Assembly: GCA_033763315.1 (NCBI GenBank)
Contig: JANRKS010000034.1
Location: 288,001-352,000, forward strand
Length of the DNA stretch: 64,000 nucleotides
Direction of reading: 5' to 3'
From: Deltaproteobacteria bacterium
GTDB lineage: Bacteria > Myxococcota_A > Polyangia > Fen-1088
This document shows positions 57,363 through 64,000 of the stretch, piece by piece (the stretch's first letter is position 1; the number at the start of each line of letters is the position of its first letter). The translations under genes were made by a program, and so were the position numbers. The notes under the pieces are model-generated. The model was given only the letters and a program-made list of their open reading frames with translations, made no database searches and was not told the DNA's origin.

Positions 57363-58735
57363 AGATGTACCTCAACGGAATTTCTCGTCGAAAGTTTGTC
57401 GCTGCCCTCGGTGCTGCTGGTGCGGCCAGCCGATTGGCACCGTTTTTACCTCACGCTGTCCGCGCTGAGGGCGCGCCAAAGCGGCTCTTGGTTGTGTTTT
57501 CACCCATGGGCTACTTGGAGAACTCGTTTTGGCCCACAGTGAACGGTTCCGACTTCACGCTTGGCGAAACGATGTCGGTGCTCCAGCCTTACAAGAGCAA
57601 ATTGCTTTACCCCGATGGCCTCATGGTCTATGGCGCGCAGTGGTTCTTCAAGAACGACGACAACGAACACGCTTCGGGCCAATCGATGGTTTTTACTGGG
57701 TCGAAGAAAGATGGGTTTTCCACGGGCCCGTCTGTTGACCATGCGGTTGCGGACTTCGTCTACGCACAGACGAAAACCAAGTTTCGTCACCTGGCCTTGG
57801 GCGTGAACGCCCCGTCTCCTGTGCCACATAACGCGTGCTTCTTCTCAAAAGCGCAAACGCCGGTCAATGCGCAAAACAGTCCCGCGTCGGCGTTCGATAT
57901 GGTTTTCAAAGACTGGACTCCCCCGAGCGCAGGCACGCCCATTGACACAACCGCCATCGATCGTGCGCGCAAACAAAGCCAAAGCGTCATTGACTTTGTC
58001 AAAGGCGATCTCGATCGCCTAAAGGGCGTCGCGGGCAAGGACGATCAAGAAAAGGTTGCCGCCCACTTGGATGGCATTCGCATGCTTGAGGCCCGCCTAT
58101 CCCAATCTGGCGGCGGCAGCCCTGGGGCGGCCTGCACCAAGCCGAATGCACCTTCGGGGGCCGGCTTGTCAGGGCAGGTTGAAGCACAAATGGATGTCAT
58201 TACAGCTGCATTTGCGTGTGACCTCACCCGCGTCGCCTCGCTTCAACTAGGCTTTTGCGACGGTGGCCTGGAGGAGATCCCTGGGCTCAATCATCACGAC
58301 GTGACACACGCGGTTGGCGACACCAAAGGCGCACAAACTGTGCTCGACAACCATAAGAAGATCGATCGGTGGTACGCCGATCGGTGGTTGCATTTGCTCA
58401 CGAAGATGGATTCGATCAAAGAGGGCAACGGCACGTTGCTCGACAACACCCTTATTCTCTTTGGCTCGGACACCACCACGGGGCAATCCTTGGAACTGTC
58501 CCCGCACTTGCACTGGCGGTTTCCGTTGTGGCTTGCCGGTGGATCCAATTTCGCGTTCAAAACGGGTCGCACCATCAAGTTGCCCCAGCCGAGGGGCATG
58601 GGCAGTCCAGCACAGTCTGCTCAATGGGTGGTTCACAATCGTTTGTTGACCTCGATTTGCAGGGCCTTCGGGATGGATGTTGATACGTTTGGCACCAACG
58701 ATCCCGGTAAGGGGCCGCTGACGCAGCTAGGGTAA
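57359..58735 (+). CDS. DUF1552 Tat-exported protein (copy D)
   Basis: ISRRKFV Tat signal, AAFACDLTR, HHDVTH, EGNGTLLDNT, FKTGR. ATGA-coupled. Close paralog of copy B. Confidence 0.88.
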   Translation: MKMYLNGISRRKFVAALGAAGAASRLAPFLPHAVRAEGAPKRLLVVFSPMGYLENSFWPTVNGSDFTLGETMSVLQPYKSKLLYPDGLMVYGAQWFFKNDDNEHASGQSMVFTGSKKDGFSTGPSVDHAVADFVYAQTKTKFRHLALGVNAPSPVPHNACFFSKAQTPVNAQNSPASAFDMVFKDWTPPSAGTPIDTTAIDRARKQSQSVIDFVKGDLDRLKGVAGKDDQEKVAAHLDGIRMLEARLSQSGGGSPGAACTKPNAPSGAGLSGQVEAQMDVITAAFACDLTRVASLQLGFCDGGLEEIPGLNHHDVTHAVGDTKGAQTVLDNHKKIDRWYADRWLHLLTKMDSIKEGNGTLLDNTLILFGSDTTTGQSLELSPHLHWRFPLWLAGGSNFAFKTGRTIKLPQPRGMGSPAQSAQWVVHNRLLTSICRAFGMDVDTFGTNDPGKGPLTQLG

Positions 58736-58908
58736 AGCTGAATCACGATTGGATGCAGAGCTGGGATGCCAGCCAACGCTGCTCATCGAGCCTGCCTCGG
58801 ACTGAAAAAACAGGACGCTCGGGCATAACTGCCACCGTCACCTCAGAAATGTGAGGCGACAAGTGGCCGTCTGTGGGACCTTCGGCGGCGTGTGCCACGC
58901 TTTTCGCC

Positions 58909-58924
58909 AGGCACATGTTTTGCT
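58909..58924 (+). promoter_or_regulatory. Possible sigma-54 promoter
   Basis: AGGCAC-ATGTT-TTGCT immediately upstream of the 58938 gene. Confidence 0.35.
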
Positions 58925-58937
58925 TCGGGCTCAACAG

Positions 58938-59849
58938 ATGAAGTTCATGATCAATTTTCGTATCACGTGCCTGTGTTTGTTGGCATGTGGGGCATGCACC
59001 GAGGATTCCAACGACATCGGGGAGAAACGTGACGCCGGCGCCGTTTCCGACGCCGCCACAGATTCCTCCAAGATCTCGGACGCGCAATCGGGCGACTCAA
59101 GCCCGCCTAAACAGGACGCCAGCGGTGATACCGACGCAAGCCAGTACACCGCCGTTGTGGGCGCGAGGTGTGCATTGCCCAACCGTTTGGGGGCCATTGA
59201 GGTGCAGACGGTCCAAGGCAAGCTTTACGCCTCGTCATCGGTCTTCACTGAAAAGAACCCAGGCCTCGGAAGCTGGAAAGTGCAGGACAGCGATTGTCGC
59301 TTTCACCAACAGTCCCCGCAGCCCACACCGTTTATGCCGAAACGCCCCAAAGACGCCAAGCTTGTGCTTGTCGCCAACGGGCAAGAACAAACGTTCCTGG
59401 CAGGTTCCGAGCGAGGGGAGATCGATGGCGAGATAATCCTACCGGGCCAAGCATTTTCAGGCCGCTTCTCGTGGTCGGGAGTCACCGTCTCCTTCCCGGC
59501 CATCACGGTGCCAGCGGAGCTTGTGGGGCTCAAGGGTAAACTGAAGGGATCGAGCGAGTCGCCTGAACAGCTAGACATCACCTGGGACAAGCCCAACGCC
59601 AATTCACAAGTTCACACCATTGTCCCCATCAATCACCACGCGGGGGGCGATACCTTCACCGAATGCGACGTACCTTCAAGCAAGGGAAATCTTAAAGTGG
59701 CGGGGGCGATGTTGAAGCCGTTGGCGGTGATCACAGGGCTTGAGTTTCAAGGCATCAACCACGTCCGCTTTGCAGCGGCGGAAACACCTTTAGGGTGCAT
59801 TGAGATCCAATTCTTCACGCGGTTCATTGGCATGCCGCCCGCGCCCTAG
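58938..59849 (+). CDS. Hypothetical myxobacterial lipoprotein
   Basis: Lipobox-like LLACGAC, Asp/Ala/Ser linker, Cys-containing beta-rich domain with INHH and GLEFQ. The start could be 58947. Confidence 0.65.
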   Translation: MKFMINFRITCLCLLACGACTEDSNDIGEKRDAGAVSDAATDSSKISDAQSGDSSPPKQDASGDTDASQYTAVVGARCALPNRLGAIEVQTVQGKLYASSSVFTEKNPGLGSWKVQDSDCRFHQQSPQPTPFMPKRPKDAKLVLVANGQEQTFLAGSERGEIDGEIILPGQAFSGRFSWSGVTVSFPAITVPAELVGLKGKLKGSSESPEQLDITWDKPNANSQVHTIVPINHHAGGDTFTECDVPSSKGNLKVAGAMLKPLAVITGLEFQGINHVRFAAAETPLGCIEIQFFTRFIGMPPAP

Positions 59850-59933
59850 CAGGCTTGGCATCACCCGTGGCCCACGCTGTCTGGGCCGAACGTACCCGTG
59901 GCATGGCTGCCGTTCCAAGGTCAACCCCACCTC

Positions 59934-62771
59934 CTACTTTGCAACCTGTGTTGTTCGCTGCATCACGATCGAAGGATCCAACGGATAGCGGCCGAAGCTG
60001 GCACCGTAAACCGCTAGCCCCGTAGGTCGCTGGTCGGCCACCTCAAGTCGAACCTCGAATGTGCCCGCGGCCTTGCCGCTCGCCAAGGCCTTCGCCGTCA
60101 GCGGCACTTCCAAGCGGTAACCGTACGTGCCGGCGTCCCACAACCGCTTCTCGCCTGGTTGAAAGTGCCACGAGAGGATGCCTCTGTGATCCGCTGGATC
60201 GTCTGGCAGATCGAAGCGTCCTTGAAAGTCACCGTTGATCCAAACGTTCACCGCCCCTGCATCCACATAACGGTCCGTCATGGGATAAGCGTTTTTGTTC
60301 AAGGAAGGATCGTGCGCACCCGCACCGCGCATGTAGCTGCCCAGCGCCTCTGTGTTGGTGCCACGGTCTTTGCCAAGCGGCGGGCGCGTCGATACCTCAG
60401 CCAAGAACACGGCTGCGTTTGCCATTGCGCCGCCTTTGGGCAGCGGAATCGCGTACGTGACGGAGCCCGTGCCAATGCCGGCGAATTTCTTGTCCCCCAG
60501 CACCACGTGGTGACCCTGGGAGAACTTTGCATCCTTAGCGCTGCCCACGGGTACCGTGCTTACAGTCAAATCCCGATCTCGCAGGCTTGCCTTGCCATCA
60601 GCGGGCACGACGAACGTTGTGAAATTGCGCGCCAACACCACGCCGGCCGCATCTTCAAGTGCCACCGTGAACACCGCCACCGCCCGTTCATCGGGCATAC
60701 GCACTTGCAAGGCGGGCAGCGGGCCAAACTGCCACGGCACAAACGTCAGCGGCCGCGTCGATTCGCTCCACACACGGTGGCGGGCGAGAGCATCCCATCC
60801 GTGTAGTTGTGTGCGCAAGTGAAGCTGCTTGCCGTGGCGGGCTTCGCTTTCGTAAAACGACGCCCACAAGGGCACTTGCACAGTCTCACCCGGCTTGCGC
60901 TGCTCACTCAACGTTTCACCAACCACAATGTAAATCGGCCTGTGCAGGTCGCGCAGGCTCATGCCTGGCATCAGCTCTTCAAGGCCTGTCTCTTTCGGTG
61001 TGCGATCAAAACGATAGTAGCCATTCCATTCGTTGATCACGTCGTGGTGTTCCGTGTAAAGCCAACCCGCCACCTTCGGATGCCGTCGAAAGGCATTGAG
61101 CCCCATGTGGTAATCCCAGCTCCAGTCGCAGTCACCCGTGTTGCCTTCGTAGCCCCACACGTTGCCGAACTCGCTGTTGAGCAGCGGCTGGTGGCCTTGC
61201 GTTTTGCCGGCAACGAAGTTCCAGGGCGAGCCGGGGTGCGTTTGTTCCACAACCTCCGCGATGTGCCGCTGCCAACGCGGACCAGCGAGATACTCGTGCC
61301 ACGTGTTTAGATCCGTCACCACGTGATCGCGCAGGTTCGCGCTGTTGTCCTCGATAAGCCGGGTCGGATCCAGGGCCTTGGCTTGCGCGAACACCTCTGC
61401 CACACGCGCCTGCGTGGCGGGCCGATACACCTTCTGCACGCCGTCCTTGTGCAGCAGGCCCCAGGTCTCGTTAAACAACACCCACGCAAAGATCGCAGGG
61501 TGGTTAAAGTCGCGCTCCATCATGCCCCGCATGGCCGTTGCGTGATCGCGAAACATAGCGTCGTCCGGATCGCCCCAGGCGTTCGGCACATCCGCCATGA
61601 TCAAGACCCCTAGTTTGTCGGCCCAGTAAAGCTTGCGCGGCAGGGGCACCTTCACGTGCACGCGCATTGTGTTCAGCCCCAGGCGGCGCGTGCGCTCGAC
61701 ATCTTCGCGAATGAAGTCGTCCGATGGAAAGGTGTAAAAGCCCGTGGGGTGATACGCCTGATCAAGGACCATTTGCAGATAAACGGGTTTACCGTTGAGC
61801 GCCACGTAAGGGTGCCCTTGCGTCGGCAAATCGACCACGCTGATCGTGCGCATACCAAAGTAAGTTTTCACCACATCTGCAGTGCGGCCCTCGGGTGCGC
61901 TCGTCACTTCGCAGGTGTATAGATGCGGATCTTCTAGAGTCCACAACCGTGGGTTGGGTACATCAAGCACGAGCGATGCCTCTTTTGCGCCCACGGGCAC
62001 CGACGTCAGCGTGTGCAGTTCACCGCAGGTCAATGTCACTTGGCATGGCTCACGCGTCGCCTCTTGCAACCGCACCTGCAAGCGCACGCGTTCGTGCGCC
62101 GGTTCTGGATAGAACGCGATCCGCTGCACCGGCACGGGGCCCCGCGCTTCGAGGTAAGGGGTTTGCCAAATGCCACGAGCCTGCCCATAGCCCTGCTTGC
62201 CTTCGAGCTTGAAGGCCCGCGGGGCGTCGTCAACGTGGATCACCAACACATGCTCGCCGGCCCCGAACTGTGTCAGCTCAAACTCGAAGGGTGTGTAGCC
62301 GCCCTCGTGTACGCCAAGCTTTTGGCCATCGAGCCACACCGTGGTGCGCCAGTCGCTGGCGCCGATTACGAAGAAGACTCTTTGTCCTTCCCACGCCCCA
62401 GGGATCGTTATTCGCTTGCGATACCAAGCATAGTCAGCTTGCCCTTCGACGCCCGAAAGCGGGGCCGCCCACGAAAACGGCACCATGATGCTTCGATCAA
62501 AGGCCGCTCCTCCTCGAAACCACTCGTGCGCTTCACCTTCATTGGCCGGGTCAAGCGCGAAATCCCAAACACCATTTAGGTTCACCCAGCGCTCGCGTTC
62601 GAAATCAGGGCGCGGGTGTTCGGGCAGCGGCTGCGCCCGCGACACGGTTGCACGAGCATCGGGCAATGACGCCTGCGGTGCAGGGAGCGCCGTCCGTGCC
62701 TGCGGCGGAGTTGAAGTGGCACAGGCCGCCAGCGCGACCGCGTAAACGTAGAGCCAAGGGGGGCGGGTCAT
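59934..62771 (-). CDS. Glycoside hydrolase family 2 lipoprotein
   Basis: Lipobox LAAC, EHPRPDFER..WVNLNGVWDF, HEGGYTPF, GIWQT, YFGMR, LDQAYHP, RDFNHPAI..W.LFNE.WG, NSEFG. Confidence 0.9.
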   Translation of the reverse strand: MTRPPWLYVYAVALAACATSTPPQARTALPAPQASLPDARATVSRAQPLPEHPRPDFERERWVNLNGVWDFALDPANEGEAHEWFRGGAAFDRSIMVPFSWAAPLSGVEGQADYAWYRKRITIPGAWEGQRVFFVIGASDWRTTVWLDGQKLGVHEGGYTPFEFELTQFGAGEHVLVIHVDDAPRAFKLEGKQGYGQARGIWQTPYLEARGPVPVQRIAFYPEPAHERVRLQVRLQEATREPCQVTLTCGELHTLTSVPVGAKEASLVLDVPNPRLWTLEDPHLYTCEVTSAPEGRTADVVKTYFGMRTISVVDLPTQGHPYVALNGKPVYLQMVLDQAYHPTGFYTFPSDDFIREDVERTRRLGLNTMRVHVKVPLPRKLYWADKLGVLIMADVPNAWGDPDDAMFRDHATAMRGMMERDFNHPAIFAWVLFNETWGLLHKDGVQKVYRPATQARVAEVFAQAKALDPTRLIEDNSANLRDHVVTDLNTWHEYLAGPRWQRHIAEVVEQTHPGSPWNFVAGKTQGHQPLLNSEFGNVWGYEGNTGDCDWSWDYHMGLNAFRRHPKVAGWLYTEHHDVINEWNGYYRFDRTPKETGLEELMPGMSLRDLHRPIYIVVGETLSEQRKPGETVQVPLWASFYESEARHGKQLHLRTQLHGWDALARHRVWSESTRPLTFVPWQFGPLPALQVRMPDERAVAVFTVALEDAAGVVLARNFTTFVVPADGKASLRDRDLTVSTVPVGSAKDAKFSQGHHVVLGDKKFAGIGTGSVTYAIPLPKGGAMANAAVFLAEVSTRPPLGKDRGTNTEALGSYMRGAGAHDPSLNKNAYPMTDRYVDAGAVNVWINGDFQGRFDLPDDPADHRGILSWHFQPGEKRLWDAGTYGYRLEVPLTAKALASGKAAGTFEVRLEVADQRPTGLAVYGASFGRYPLDPSIVMQRTTQVAK

Positions 62772-62840
62772 CGTGTGGAACGTAACATACGAGCGCATGC
62801 TGAGCCGCGCGGAGATCCGAGACAGTGTTATGCTCGGTAG

Positions 62841-64000
62841 GTGTATTTTCCTCGGCTTTCCCTTGCGTTGGCTCTCGCCTTCATAGGTACCAAGGCGGCG
62901 GCGGCCAGCGACGCTTTCGTTGTGCAGAGCTCGTGGCACCGCACGCAAAAGGTGTTCGCTCTTGAACAAACGGACGATGGTGTCCTATGGGCCGGCACTG
63001 ACGGCGGGTTGATACGTTACGACGGCAGGGATTTTGTGACCCTGACCTCCTCGCAGCACCCGGAGTTGCGGAGCAACGTTGTCACATCGTTGTGGAAGGA
63101 CGCGGATGGGGCCCTTTGGCTAGGCCTAGACGACGGTCAAGGCGTTGCGCGTTTGTCCCAAGGGCGCGTTGAATCCATAGACACAGGAGACGCGCTTGCG
63201 GGCAAGCGTGTGCTTGCCCTCGTGGCCAGCGGTTCGCGCTTGTGGGTGGGGACTTCAGCGGGCCTCTTCCAGGTCGATGTAGGGAGAAAACCCGTTTGCC
63301 GACAGATGAAGGAAGTGGGCAACGTGGCCGTGTCCGCTATCAAGCCTGTTGCGGACGGAAGTTTGTGGGTGGGGGCGCAAAGCGGTCTGTTCAAAGCGCA
63401 GGGCAACACCTTTACGCGCACTGGTAACTTCGGTCCCATCCAGGCCATCACCGCGGACCATCTCGGAAATGTGTGGGTTTCGGACGCTGAGGTTGGCGTT
63501 TATAGAATCACCCGCGCAGGTGAGGCGACTCTGGCGATGGCCACGAACGCCGCACATTCGGGTGGCGCTGGATTCACAGCGTTGGCAACCGATGGTAAGG
63601 ACAACGTGTGGGTCGGCTGGGAGGGAGGCTTTGGCAGGCTCGCGGAAGGCGAGCTGGCGCAGGTGTTCTCGAACGGTTTGTCGACCGTGGCGCTGCTGCC
63701 CGATCGCGAAGGGGGCGTGTGGGTGGGCACGTTCTGGGGCGTCGTTATACGTGTGTTTCGCCCGCGGGTAAGAACGGAAGTCCACGCGGCCGGCGACGAG
63801 CCCAAGGTCGTCTTCGGTTTGGCCGCAGACAAGCAAGGCGCGCTTTGGCTTGCGCAGGTTAAGTCCGTTGTGAAAACGACACCGACCGGCATACGTCGTT
63901 ATGAATCCGGAAAGGATTTGCCCACTTGGTGTCCACGCAGTCTCTATCCAGCCCGAACAGGCGGCATGTGGCTGGCCACCTGTGACAAAGGATTGTTTCG
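62841..64000 (+). CDS. Beta-propeller (two-component regulator propeller) sensor protein, runs off the window end
   Basis: Not in the ORF track. GTG 62841 gives MYFPRLSLALALAFIGTKAAAA (signal) ... QTDDGVLWAGTDGGLIRYDG, KDADGALWLG, DHLGNVWV, DREGGVWVG repeats. Confidence 0.8.
   Translation, partial: MYFPRLSLALALAFIGTKAAAASDAFVVQSSWHRTQKVFALEQTDDGVLWAGTDGGLIRYDGRDFVTLTSSQHPELRSNVVTSLWKDADGALWLGLDDGQGVARLSQGRVESIDTGDALAGKRVLALVASGSRLWVGTSAGLFQVDVGRKPVCRQMKEVGNVAVSAIKPVADGSLWVGAQSGLFKAQGNTFTRTGNFGPIQAITADHLGNVWVSDAEVGVYRITRAGEATLAMATNAAHSGGAGFTALATDGKDNVWVGWEGGFGRLAEGELAQVFSNGLSTVALLPDREGGVWVGTFWGVVIRVFRPRVRTEVHAAGDEPKVVFGLAADKQGALWLAQVKSVVKTTPTGIRRYESGKDLPTWCPRSLYPARTGGMWLATCDKGLF

Noticed and set aside
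1-64000. Mobile elements, tRNA/rRNA genes and defence systems
   Set aside because: No transposase, integrase, phage, restriction or structural-RNA signatures recognised by eye.

Overview
GC-rich bacterial DNA, most consistent with Myxococcota (Polyangia-like). The basis is many lipoproteins with Gly-rich linkers, an ECF-sigma/FecR-TPR module, an NGL-repeat lipoprotein, a copper monooxygenase-like protein and DUF1592/DUF1552 pairs. The window is dominated by carbohydrate foraging. It holds an alpha-glucan-type operon (GH15-like, six-hairpin GH, GH49/28-like, ECF/FecR) and a non-phosphorylative sugar-acid cassette (SDR, RraA-like aldolase, IlvD/Edd dehydratase, EamA, SMP-30 lactonase). It also encodes DUF4185, GH30-like, GH2, a CE6/SASA esterase, a CBM9-like/PQQ-type sugar dehydrogenase, a secreted lactonase and two beta-propeller sensors. 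Four translationally coupled pairs of a heme-motif lipoprotein (DUF1587/1595/1592/1588/1585) and a Tat-exported DUF1552 protein sit among these genes. A shared palindrome, (T/C)CGTAC-N4-GTACGA, precedes three transcription units around a TetR gene and links two of the pairs to the sugar-acid pathway and DUF4185. This is the best candidate for an undescribed system. Also present are a DabAB inorganic-carbon pump, a sigma54 promoter plus c-di-GMP-I riboswitch ahead of the NGL-repeat lipoprotein, and several gene remnants. No rRNA, tRNA, CRISPR or transposase was seen. All family calls come from motif recognition by eye, not database searches.
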